From the NCBI GenBank assembly GCA_010093745.1, contig MU005981.1:186001-240221 (forward strand): 54,221 nucleotides of DNA. Reading direction: 5' to 3'. Shown here in pieces: positions 34,249 to 45,024 of this stretch; within the stretch, counting starts at the first letter, position 1, and each line of letters opens with the position of its first letter. Below the pieces are notes generated by a model, which was not told the DNA's origin, did not search any database, and worked only from the letters and a program-made list of their open reading frames with translations. This DNA is from Piedraia hortae CBS 480.64. Taxonomy: Eukaryota. The translations under genes and the position numbers were made by a program.

Positions 34249-36039
34249 TTACTGGGATGGTCCAGTTTTTGCTCGTTGCTTTAGCCAATTGTCATAGAGG
34301 GTATCATCACTATCGGAGTTATCGGAGTCGTCTGTATCGTCCTGTTCGCTTGACGAGTCTTCAAAAGATGAAGACTCCGCGATTGAGTTTTCCTCAACTT
34401 TCTGCCTCTTCGCAGCGACTTCTCGCTCAGCTTCTCTCTTCCTCTTCCTTTCTCTGCGTTTCCTTGTCATCTCGCTCTTCCTCTCCAACCCTTCAGTTTT
34501 CAACTCAACTTGGATTACTTCTCGGAGAAAATCGTTTTCTTTTCGACTGGCTTCTTTGTCTTCTTTCTCCAGCCGTCTGTCTTCTTCCATTTCTGGGTCG
34601 ACTTCGTCGTCGTTATAGTTGTCTTCCTCGTCGTCTTCCTCGTCCTCATCTTCGGTTTCCTCTCCCTCTTCTTCCTCTCCCTCTTCTTCCTCTCCCTCCT
34701 CTTCCTCTCCCTCCTCTTCCTCTCCCTCCTCTTCATCCTCCTCCCCTCCCTTCTTCCCACTCATCCTCCCCTTCCACTCCACCCACGCCTCAACCGTCTC
34801 CCTCCCCACACCCCCCCGCCCCCTCGGCCCCACCCTCAACTCCCTCTCCACTTCCTCCCACCCAACCTCAATCCCCCAATCCCCCCTTCTCCGCCCCTGC
34901 GCAAGATACCCCAACCGCGAGTACACCCTCCACCCCATCCTCCTCGCCAAACCAACCCAAAACCTCCACCACGCATATCTCCCCAACCCACAAATCTCCA
35001 CCGCCGTTTGCACATCCGTCCTGGTCACACATTCCTTCGGTTTACAATGCATCGGATAGGATCTCAGGCGGGAGGTAGTTTGGAAGAGGATTGCTGAGAC
35101 GAGGCGGCGGGTTAGGTTTATGGTTAGATTTTCGAGATCGTCAAGGGCAGAGCGGAAAAGTTCGGGGCCGGTGGAGATTGATGGGTTCACGAGGTTGGGG
35201 TGGAGGTAGAAGGGTGCAGTGTCGTCGGGGGAACCGCGCATGAAGAATGAGGAGAGGATGAGAAGGGTGGGGGTGTTGATGAGGGATGAGGAGGATTGGG
35301 GTGAGGGAGGGGAGGATGAGGCGGTTTGGTCTGCGTTGTCCTCTCTAAGTGCGTCTTCCTCCGTGGGTGTGTCCTCGGCTGCGTGCGCGTCCCTCCCTAC
35401 GTCTTCCTCTACGCTCACGTTCTCGTCTTCATCCTCATCTGCACCCGTATCAGCGTCTGGTTCGCACTCTCCGTCCGCCTCCGGCTCATCCCCCTCCACT
35501 TCTATTCTCCCCTCCCCCTCCATATTCTGTTCAGACTGCAACGTAACCAAGTACCTATCGCCATAAACCTCCCTCTCCCTCTCCACCTCCCTCAAAAAGC
35601 ACTTCCTTGCAAGTCTATCAGCCTGTAATTCCAGCACGCGCGCACAGTTGGGTCCGATTTCTGCTGCTGCGGGGTGAGCGGATAGCGGAACAGCCAGCTG
35701 TACTTCCCTACCGACGCCAGCAATTGCTCTATCAGGCGAGGCGGGTTTAATTTCCCTTGGAGCATCTTTGTTTTGCGGTAGAGACACAATGTCGCTCTGT
35801 CGCGCAGCATCCCTCTCCAGCGCACCCCTCTCCAGCAAAAGCAAATAAGCCTGCACCTCAACGGGACTCTTCGTCGGTAGTTTTGGATAGCGTTTTGCAC
35901 GGAGGGCATCGAAGAAGAGATCCTTTTCCGACGAGGTCCAGTAGCTTCCTTTTATGAGGGAGGGGCCGAGAGGATTGTCATTCTTGGGGGTTATGATGGA
36001 GTTGAGGAGGGTTAGGTAGTTTATTTCTTTTGGGGGCAT
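34249..36039 (-). CDS. RRN5: RNA polymerase I upstream activation factor subunit Rrn5-like
   Basis: SANT-like WTSSEKDLFFDAL...TKSPVEVQAYL, PAAAEI, histone-fold-like LTRRLVSAILFQ...VTRTDVQTAV; acidic tail; first ATG 36039. Confidence 0.75.
   Translation of the reverse strand: MPPKEINYLTLLNSIITPKNDNPLGPSLIKGSYWTSSEKDLFFDALRAKRYPKLPTKSPVEVQAYLLLLERGALERDAARQSDIVSLPQNKDAPREIKPASPDRAIAGVGREVQLAVPLSAHPAAAEIGPNCARVLELQADRLARKCFLREVEREREVYGDRYLVTLQSEQNMEGEGRIEVEGDEPEADGECEPDADTGADEDEDENVSVEEDVGRDAHAAEDTPTEEDALREDNADQTASSSPPSPQSSSSLINTPTLLILSSFFMRGSPDDTAPFYLHPNLVNPSISTGPELFRSALDDLENLTINLTRRLVSAILFQTTSRLRSYPMHCKPKECVTRTDVQTAVEICGLGRYAWWRFWVGLARRMGWRVYSRLGYLAQGRRRGDWGIEVGWEEVERELRVGPRGRGGVGRETVEAWVEWKGRMSGKKGGEEDEEEGEEEEGEEEEGEEEEGEEEEGEETEDEDEEDDEEDNYNDDEVDPEMEEDRRLEKEDKEASRKENDFLREVIQVELKTEGLERKSEMTRKRRERKRKREAEREVAAKRQKVEENSIAESSSFEDSSSEQDDTDDSDNSDSDDTLYDNWLKQRAKTGPSQ
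34655..34745 (-). repeat. 15-bp coding minisatellite encoding about five GEEEE units in RRN5
   Basis: Tandem CTC(C/T)TCTTCCTCTCC on the + strand. Confidence 0.85.
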
Positions 36040-36245
36040 GACTTGACAGAGGTTGAAGGTGGGGTGGTTTGCGCAACGGTTCAGGAAGGGTGTTTTAGCG
36101 GGTGGTTGAGATTCGCAGGTGGGCGTGTGTAGAAAGAACAAGTCACCTACATAGAACCTAACCCACCTTCAAACCCGAAAAACAAGCAACCATTTTATTC
36201 TACCCATCTAACCTTTGGTAGCATCAACAAGAAGTTGTTATCTTA

Positions 36246-37322
36246 CTAATACCTAACCGCCCCCCTCCTCCTCAACCCACACATCTGCAACGAGCTCGCG
36301 ACCGTTCCTCGTTCCCTCTTCCACTCTTTCACAATCCTCGACCTCGCATCCTCCAATCTTACCTTCACGTCCTGCTCTTGCTCAAAACGACAACAAGAAT
36401 AGTCCCCCATTTTCAACTCTTTCCCACACCCAAAACAAAACGAAGCATTGCATGAGCACGTAACTGTATTACACCCACTTTCCTTCACAACCGCGATATT
36501 GCACCGGGGACAGATGCGTTTAATCAAATCCGACGCCGCTTCGTCGAGCTGGTGGCGCAATGTGGACCTCTGTGCGACGTAACAGGTATGGTCTTTCTGC
36601 CACTCGGATTTGCAGAGGAGACAGGATACTTTCCCACAGGCTTCGTTGCGGCAGCGAAATTTTTCGACGCGGCGGGTGGAGGGTTTGAGTAGGGGGAGTT
36701 GTGGTTGTGGTTGCGGTTGTGGTTGTTGTTGGGTTTTTTTGTGGAAGGAGGAGAGGAATGGGAGGCGGGATAGGAGGGAGGGCTTTGTTGGGGGTTCGGG
36801 AGGTTTGATTGCGTGGAGGGCACTGCAAAAGGGACATTCCCGTGTTGAGATGTTGCGTTCGAAGAACATGGTTTTGATGCATTTGTGGTGGAATGCAGTC
36901 CAGATTTTTTTGCCTTGGTCGTCATCCTCGCAGATGGAGTCGTGAATGGCGATAGAGGAGATGTGACCCGTGCAGGCGTCGGTGGTGGTGGAAAAGCAGT
37001 AGAGACCTTCGCGTTTGTGGTCGACCATGCGCGTCCAGCTTTGGCCGTAGATGGCTTCCCGCATGACGCGGCGGATGCAGGTTTTGCAGTGGGGATGCTT
37101 CGCTCCGCTGTTGCAGTGGGTTACCTCTGAGAGGGAGACCGTTTCGAAGCAGCAGACGCATTCGATGTTCTTCGGTTCATTTTGCTTGAGCGGTTGCTTA
37201 TCCGGGGACTTTGGACGGGTCTCATCGCTGTGGTTAGGATATTCCAACGTGCTGGACGTGCTGAAAGTCGGCGTGTTGGTAAAGACAAATGGCTGTCTCC
37301 TACCGCGGTGACGCCAAGGCAT
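36246..37322 (-). CDS. RBR (RING-IBR-RING) E3 ubiquitin ligase, RNF216/TRIAD3-like
   Basis: ECVCCF..HC..H..CKTC; ECPFC...C...CGKVSCLLC...HTC; CPRC...KESGCNTVTCSCNASFCFGC. Confidence 0.85.
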   Translation of the reverse strand: MPWRHRGRRQPFVFTNTPTFSTSSTLEYPNHSDETRPKSPDKQPLKQNEPKNIECVCCFETVSLSEVTHCNSGAKHPHCKTCIRRVMREAIYGQSWTRMVDHKREGLYCFSTTTDACTGHISSIAIHDSICEDDDQGKKIWTAFHHKCIKTMFFERNISTRECPFCSALHAIKPPEPPTKPSLLSRLPFLSSFHKKTQQQPQPQPQPQLPLLKPSTRRVEKFRCRNEACGKVSCLLCKSEWQKDHTCYVAQRSTLRHQLDEAASDLIKRICPRCNIAVVKESGCNTVTCSCNASFCFGCGKELKMGDYSCCRFEQEQDVKVRLEDARSRIVKEWKRERGTVASSLQMCGLRRRGAVRY

Positions 37323-37517
37323 TGAGACCGATAACGTACCTGAACTTGTCGAGTGACTGGGGTCAGTATCCTTTTCAAAAAAAAAAAAAAAAGTTCTTTG
37401 AAATGCATCATCGTCATAATCATCGTGCTAAAGTTTCGTTCGACTCAGTCAGATGAGAACCAGTAGAATGGCACAACACATGTGCTGTAAACCTCTATAC
37501 AGACGGCTTTCCATACT

Positions 37518-39581
37518 CTACAACTTTGCCTGGATCTGGATCGTCGGAGACATAAGGTCCCGAATGTCGCCGGCTGCCTCATTAAGGTAAAATGCCATGC
37601 GCTCCGCCCCGAGGTTTCGGCTGACGATGTTGAATTGTACGCTGTTTTCGTTGATCATGTACGCAATCCTGCCACGTTAGCTCTCAAACTGACAGGACAG
37701 ATGTCAACTTACCCCCAGCCGTCGGGAACAACCTCCGACCATCCGTAGCCGTTGTAGTACTCACTTGAGAGCTGCGAGCTCGAGACAAACCAGGTGGAGC
37801 TGTACGTATAGGCGGGATCTTGAAACAAGGCGGGCACCTCCTCACCATCTTTGATCATCTTTTTCAGACCAAAGAGGTGGCGATCCACACCCTTTGCATC
37901 GCCGGCAACCGAGATGTACTCCACATGAGCCTTGAGGGCTTTGGTGAACAAGTCACGACACTGCTCGGGCGTGGACTTGGGATCGAGCATGGCTGAACAG
38001 AAGGCAACACTCTCATCACTGACCGTACGGCAGGTTTCAGTCCGACCTTCCTGGAAACGACGAGTGGCCGCCGATTCATACGTGGGCCTATTCTTGCCAT
38101 AAAACTTGCGATATGCCAGCTGGATGATCATCTGCACATAGGCGTCGGGCGAGCACTTGACTTTTTTCATAAAGCCTTTACCATAACCCTGGTATGCTTC
38201 CACACGGAGTTCGTGCTGGGCAATGACGCTTGTGTGATCAGCCTTGGCTTCAGCAATGTCTGCCTGGTTCTCGGAATTGAGCGTGAAGCGAAGCGGCTGG
38301 GGGTCTGGAATCTCTGAGCGGAGCTGAGGGGCATCGTAGTCAAGCTTGTCGTTCATCATCCACGACATAATGGTGTCGTTCAGGCGATGAGTCGGAGTTC
38401 CGTCCATCATGCTGTGTTCGCCATTGAACCCCGAAGTGCCGTTATCGTTGATGATGAACTGCAGAGGCTTATCGAACCAACGATTGCTACCGTCGCCGTG
38501 CCAGTACTGAGTAGCGCGTTCACGAAGCGTAACTGGTTTGGCATCATCCAAACACACAATGAAACCAGCCGACTGGACCTTCTCAACTGCCTCCTTGTTC
38601 ATCGGTGACGATTTGATCAGCCGCTGATACATGTCGGTCCATTTGTCACGGTTCTCAGTCGTCATTACGCCGACCGCAGGCGATTGTTCAGCGAGCTCAT
38701 ACACACGCTTGAACTGCGCCTCAAACTCTTTTGTGCTGAGCTGCCTGCCGTTGTGGTGGGTGGGAACCACGAAGAAGGCGTTCTTCCGCATGACAATAAT
38801 GTGCTGGTTATCCTTGGCCGGATACTTGACAGGATAATCCGCCGGTTTAGCCGGCACTCTGCATGCGTTGAACATCCAATGATAGGAGCTCATGGCCATA
38901 GGGAGTTTCCTCATATACTCTGGCTCGAGAGAAGCTTCATCCACTTGAGCTTTGAACTCCAAGACGGACGTCGTGATAGCTGCTGCGCGTTTGGCAGGAT
39001 CTCTACGCTTACGATCATCGCGGTGGCTGTAAAAGTAAGACACATAAGGACACACCGGGTCTCGATAAGCCAGGTAAGCAGCATTGTTCCACCATTCAGT
39101 CAACCAGTTCTTCATTCCAGGCTCTTCACGGCGCGCTATCAGCCTCTTTTGGAGCTCATGAGCAAGCGACCCGGGGGCTACAAACGACTCGACGGCCTTT
39201 TTGCTCTGCTCATATTCGGACGAGCTCAACAAGGGATGCAGAGACTTGAGATAGCGCTTCGATGTTTCTTCCAGAGTCGGCACAGGGAGCTTCGGAAGGG
39301 AGTCTTCAAACCGGAGCATAGCCCCCTTTGAATGATTCTCCTTGTACCCCTCTGGCAGAGCACTCTGCTGACGTTTTTGCTGCATCACGGGAGCCATGGT
39401 TGTAAGCTACCCAAAAACCAACCTTGTCAGTAAAATCAACCAACACGATGGCTACTTTTCAAAGGGAAGAAACCCTGTGGCGAACGATTACCAAACTTAC
39501 ACGAGAGCCACTTGCAACTGTTCCTCGGCATGCGGCAAAAGGCGCGTGGGGGGAGGCTCGCCGGGAGAAGACGTTCAACAT
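37518..39581 (-). CDS. CAT2: Carnitine O-acetyltransferase, mitochondrial/peroxisomal; exons 39581-39501, 39406-37713, 37668-37518
   Basis: LPKLPVPTL, NRWFDKP, GEHSMMDG, TYESAATRRFQEGRTE, GVDRHLFGL; two canonical in-frame introns; ends IQAKL* (PTS1). Confidence 0.93.
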
Positions 39582-39698
39582 GCCCGCAACCGAAAGCGAG
39601 TGTATGCGCAATCAACCTCTATAATTTACGTTGCTCAGGGGGTCAACAAGCGTCGGAGCCTCGCCAAATGCTGGAATGAACCAAAATCCACTCTGGAG

Positions 39699-39771
39699 CC
39701 TCGGTCGATCACACGTCGCATCACGTGAACTAGACTTTCTGGCGGCCGATGTGACATCTGTCGAACCGAGG
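39699..39771. promoter_or_regulatory. Two CCTCGG/CCGAGG cores (FarA/FarB-type fatty-acid response motif) upstream of CAT2
   Basis: CCTCGG at 39699-39704, CCGAGG at 39766-39771, third copy at 39523-39528; motif known from ascomycete fatty-acid catabolism genes. Confidence 0.5.
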
Positions 39772-40139
39772 CACGAAGGTTTCCCCGATGTCGGCCGTTG
39801 GTGACAGCGCTAGTCTAAATCTGGAGTAGCCCCTGCGCTTCGGTTGCAGTTCCACGCAGTTGAAGCCTGACTCTACTGTAGATACTGACACAGAATAGCT
39901 AGTGGTATTGTATTGCTCTACAATAATGTTTGCTACGAGGTTAGAAAATGGTTAACGCCTCACCCAATCCACCCACTTGAACGTTGCAGACCCTGGTAAA
40001 TGGTGCCCACTTGGAGTATGATCGGCAGAATCTTGTGCTGTTGGTGCTTGCGCTCAAAGTTCGCAGTTTGCAAAAGTTGAGGGTTTTCGCAAGGTGGATG
40101 TTCAAACTAACAGCAGAAATAAACGTGCCCCGTCGAAGT

Positions 40140-41760
40140 ACTTACGAATTTCGTCTTTGGAAACAGTCCTTGCATCGTGCCAGATTGGGAAAAACACCGC
40201 AGGCAAATGGGAAAGTCTTCGCCACATGCCCAAGCGAAGGCCCTCGTTGCAGCCGGATCAGGTCCCTTTTGACGGTTTCGACCATAGTCACTGACTTCAT
40301 TTCATGGCCAACGACTCGGTTCAACCACATGCAACAAACCCATCCTCTCCGCACTTGATACCAGCCATCGTGCCCATGATATCGATCTGTGCTGGATCTG
40401 GAAGAGGGCGGATTTCACCTTGGTGTGACATGGAATGGTCTCTTGCCCTGCAGCAACCACGTTTCCTCCGCTTCTGATATCGGCCATCGTACTCGTGATA
40501 TCCATCTGCACTCAGTGCAGATCCCATCTTAACGTCACAATGGAAGAGTTCCTTGTTCGACCTGTGCCCTGCGCGAACCTTTCCCCTATTGTCGACAATA
40601 TGGCATGCGTCCCCTCTGGATCCATCTCCAGCATCCCTTCCATCGATAAACTCCACGCAAGGTGTATCCGGAAATCTCGCTGATTAATCCACCAGAGTCG
40701 CGCACGTTCTTTTCTCTGTGAAAGTGCTGGCAGAGAATGAACGCGTTGATGACGACTGCGTCCAGTAGAAAGAAGAACCGTGAAAGCCATGTGCGGACGG
40801 AGGCGTAAACTGAACAAAGTAGAGTGAGCTGCGCAATAGTCACTCGGTTTTGATCGTGGTGGTTTCGCCGCGAACGCACCTGTCTTCTTTCCTCTACTCG
40901 GCTTCTCTTCATCCTGAATTCCAATCAATATCCTCTCTCCTCACCTGATAATCTTGGTATCGACAAAGCCGATGACGTCCGTCGTTCTTGTTCTTGACCG
41001 ACCGGAAAATGTCCAGTTTTTCCTCGAAGGTTTCGAAGACATACTGATGTGTGTGCAGGAGCGTTCTGCCAAGTCAACGCTCGAGCACAGCAGGTATCGG
41101 CGATATCCTTTCATTGCGACTACCTCTTCCTATCCACAGCACATATATGATCAGCATAGTCGACGGACCACTTTGGTATGGTGATCGTCTTGCGGGATAG
41201 CCCCTGCCAGATTCTTTCAACTGCTTCCCGAAGCTATTTGCTCTCTCCGTCTCTGTGCCGTCGTGAGGAATTGCGCGATGTTTTTGTCTTGCCAGACGAT
41301 GGCGGCGACTTCACCGTGTACGATGTCGGAGACAACCGTGTGAAATGACAGGAAGTCGGTCCTTCTTCCGGTCAATTTTGCGGAGTTTTACTGGCCAGTG
41401 AGGTAAGCAAATGTTTCCAAAGTGTGAAACAAATCCGCATTGCTGAACAAATTATCGCAATGCAATTAGAAGAACAAGAAACGAGGCATACAAATAGCCT
41501 GCATCACAGCGCGCAAAACCATCTGGCACCGGCTTCCTTCGGAACATTGTTTGACGTAGGGAACGGTCTGGTGTTGGTTAGGAGCACAGCAGAAGATGTA
41601 CATATGGCGATCTTTGCTCAGCTGTGCCCATTGCCATCCCATTCCCCCATGGCTCCGACGAACGACTTCGCGCCTGAGCTGGCGTTTCCCGGCTGTTCGC
41701 TCCCTGCCCCATAAGTCAATTCGCGAAAATGCCCTAGCTCGTTGCATCGGAAGCACCGCA
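40140..41760 (-). mobile_element. Degenerate piggyBac-like transposase relic
   Basis: Minus-strand fragments in expected order: RKPVPDGF..CDAGYLY, CDNLFSNADLF, IVWQDKNIAQFLTT, RTWLSRFFFLLDAVVINAFIL, Cys-rich FACGV...CKDCF. Confidence 0.8.
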
Positions 41761-42525
41761 CCAGCGCGCATTTTCAACCCTAGCCTAGGGAAGAGAAGAG
41801 AAGGGCATTCCATGAATTGATGCTAAAGCAACCTTTCATCCGGGTAGAAATACCGTCATGGCGGATGCTTTTTGAATATGACGGAGAACAGCAGTTGCAT
41901 TTCAATGCGCATTCTTGACTGAGTTGCCTGTTTCCAGTACATCATCCGAAAAATTCATGACGCAAACATATCAGGAATAGGTGCTTTTTGGAAATGAATA
42001 TGATTTCTCCAAAGACTTCGTCATAACTCGTTGAGACAATCAACGCCCCAGTCCTCATCTCCGACCGGATACTTCAAAGTAGTTTTTCAAAGGCATACTG
42101 GTATCGAGAAATACCGTTACTTGCGGCGCTCGGCCAGCGCTTCGCCGGTCATGTTTGTGAATACCTGACGCTCTTGGGCGGATTTATACTTTGCATGCTT
42201 TTGTGATGAATGGAATTGTTATACCCTTGATCAGAGAGGTTTCTTTGTCTTCCTCTGGTTGTAGAGTTGTATTTCATAAAAGTTTCAGGTTGCTGCCACC
42301 TAAGGACCGTTGGCATGCGGCTCTGGGCGCAGGGACGTTTGGGTGGGGTCACTGTGCAAGTGGCGTGAACGGGCACTTGGTAAAGACGGAACCACTTCCG
42401 CCCTCTTCTCATAAGGGCTTAGCTCGCTCTGGAATTAATGACTGATCATCTCACACAGACCGTGGGTTGGCTAATGGATAGATGACTGGAACAATGCAGG
42501 AACAGCTATCTTACACTCCCATGTT

Positions 42526-43655
42526 TTAAGGATTCGCCTTGGCCCACTTCTGTCCCTTCTCAACGTTACCCTTGAGGTCCTTCACACACTGGTCCAACAG
42601 ACCCTGCTCGTACTCATTGACAGGGCCAACGGGGTGGATCTTCTCAACACCCTCAGGGCCAAGCTCGACCCTGGAGGAGAAGAAGTCGACGCCCTGGTCT
42701 TTGTAGAGAGGTGAGTCGACAAACGTCGGCTCAATGACGCCTTTTTGGCCTTGGGCGGCCTTGAGAACGGACTCAGCCATGCGAGCACCAGCCATGGCCA
42801 TGGAAAGCGTGGCAGAGCCAGCACCTCCCTTGGCCTGAACGACTTCGTCACCTCCAAACTGGACACGCTTAGTATAAGCGTCCCGTTCAGCACCCTCCAG
42901 CTTGTGGCCGGATTGGCTCAACAAAGGCACGATGGTAGCACCAGAGTGACCACCAACAACGGTGATGTTCTCATCAGCCGGGTCGGAGTTCTTGATCTGG
43001 CTCATGAAACGGCTGGCGCGGACCACATCCAGCGTCGTTACACCAAAGAGACGCTTGGGGTTGTAAACACCCCTAGACTTAAAAACCTCAGCCGTGATGG
43101 GCACGGTGCTGTTGACGGGGTTGGCAATGACGAGGATGTTGGCTTCCGGGCACGACTCAGCGGCAGCCTTGGCCAAGTCTCTGACAATAGAAGCGTTGGT
43201 GTTGAACAGGTCATCTCGGGTCATGCCGGGCTTGCGAGGCACACCGGCGGGGATGAGGACGATCTCGGCGCCCTTGAGACAGGCCTTGATGCCGTCAGGC
43301 GTCGGCTCGTAGCCAGTGACCTGTAACATGTTGGCTATGTACTACTTTGTACCTGGCTGCCACGACTTACTGTGCTCTTCGTGTTGATATGGCTAAGGTC
43401 AGCGGCAACACCAGGGGCGCCCTTAACGTCGTAGAGAGCGAGATCAGAGACGCGGGGGTTCAGCTTGAGAAGAAGGGACAGCGGCTGGCCAATGCCACCA
43501 CCAGCACCCAGCACGGCGACCTTGGACGCCTAGATAGCTCCATGTTAGCTCTACTTGTAGAATGCGCGGAAACTGCCTACATGGGCGGCCGTAGCGGAAA
43601 ACGTCCGGCGCTGAGCGGCGCCCAGGATGAAGGATGTGATGGGACGAGCGAACAT
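42526..43655 (-). CDS. MDH1: Mitochondrial malate dehydrogenase; exons 43655-43581, 43529-43371, 43320-42526
   Basis: Presequence MFARPITS...[42 protein letters not shown]; two ~50-nt introns. Confidence 0.96.
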
Positions 43656-43909
43656 GTTGAGTAGCGGTGAGTGTTCAGAGAGGTGTTGAAAGATTACACG
43701 AGGAGCTTGACGGTCCGTCGGAGCGAAAATCGGAGGACGGGAGGGACCGGGCCGCACTATAATTTCGTTGCCAAAACGAAAGGGCCGAGCAGATGGTCAG
43801 TCCGTAAAAAGAGGGACTCATGTCAAATAGCTACTTAAAACTATGTAGTCTTAGGAGCTCAAAGCTATGTATGATCAATGTAATTTTGATATATCTATCG
43901 ACATGAATT

Positions 43910-44860
43910 TCAAGCCTCCAAGATATTCTCCAGCGTCTGCTCAGCAATAAACCTCCTCAAGTTCCTCGCCGTCAGCTCCTCCGCACCGAGCGGTCTCCCA
44001 CCAGCGGCATGCGGACTAATAATCACATTCTTCAACTTCCACAACTTCGAACTCCCCGGCAGCGGTTCCGGATCAAACACATCCAACGCCGCCCCTCCCA
44101 GTTCTCCCTTCTCAAGCGCATTGACCAACGCATCCTCATCCACGATCGTCCCACGTCCCACATTTACAACCCACGCATGTTTCGGTAACAACTTCAACCT
44201 CTCCGCATTCAACGCATGCCGAGTCGACTTTGCCCCCGGCAGAATCATAACCAACACGTCCGTCTCCGGCAGAACCTCTGGCAGTTTCTCGTCACTAAAC
44301 ACTTCGATTCCGTTGCGAATGCCTGCGTGACGAGCCACACCCCTAACCTTCGCCCCAAGGGCAGTCAAATGCGGCGTCAAACACTTGGCAATACTCCCGA
44401 ACCCCCACACCAAAACCTTCGCCTCGCGTAACGTCCGAAACGAATCATCAGGTCTAGCGGGCTGTGCCCCGCCAAGATGACCTGCCCACTTCCCCTCAAG
44501 CTGGTAATCTCGCATTTCGTAAAAGCGTCTCGCTGCGTTCAGCAATAAGCCTAGTGTATGTTCCGTCACGGTGCGGTCGTGGAGGCCAGAACCCGTAGTT
44601 ATCTTAATTTTTTTGGGATCGAACCCTGCGGACAGTAGGTCGTTGGGACCCGCGGCGAGGGACTGGATCCATTTCAGGTTCTTCATGCGCTTTACCGCGT
44701 CGGTGAGGTTCTCGGGCGAGTTTACCCATGTTAGCATGATTTCTGCGTCGATGAGGTTCTCCGGGAGGGGTTTCTTCGGGTCATAAGGGTGGAGTTCCGT
44801 GTGGAAACCCTCGAGCTTGGTAGGGTCGAAGGCTAGGGAGGTTGGGTAGAGGAGCTTCAT
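43910..44860 (-). CDS. D-isomer-specific 2-hydroxyacid dehydrogenase
   Basis: VWGFGSI, VNVGRG, GAALDVFDPEPLP, SPHAAG; intronless. Confidence 0.92.
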   Translation of the reverse strand: MKLLYPTSLAFDPTKLEGFHTELHPYDPKKPLPENLIDAEIMLTWVNSPENLTDAVKRMKNLKWIQSLAAGPNDLLSAGFDPKKIKITTGSGLHDRTVTEHTLGLLLNAARRFYEMRDYQLEGKWAGHLGGAQPARPDDSFRTLREAKVLVWGFGSIAKCLTPHLTALGAKVRGVARHAGIRNGIEVFSDEKLPEVLPETDVLVMILPGAKSTRHALNAERLKLLPKHAWVVNVGRGTIVDEDALVNALEKGELGGAALDVFDPEPLPGSSKLWKLKNVIISPHAAGGRPLGAEELTARNLRRFIAEQTLENILEA

Positions 44861-45024
44861 CTTTGATGTCCTTGAGATCTGTATTGTTTGGGGGAGATGT
44901 TGATGGGCAAGTGCGGGGTTCGGCGGGGTCTCTACATACGCATATCTCCGGGGGTTTTTACGTTCATGTGTCCAAACGCTGTAGAGAAAAGTTGATATAC
45001 AAACATGGGATAATTCCCCAGTGA

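Noticed and set aside
34220..34255. Intron extending RRN5 into the 33.3-34.2 kb frames
   Set aside because: The GTAAGC...CAG interval is only ~31 nt, below intron sizes seen here, and downstream frames contain stops.
37377..37392. Poly-A tract as a retroposon tail
   Set aside because: No adjacent element or TSD; it lies in a short intergenic spacer.
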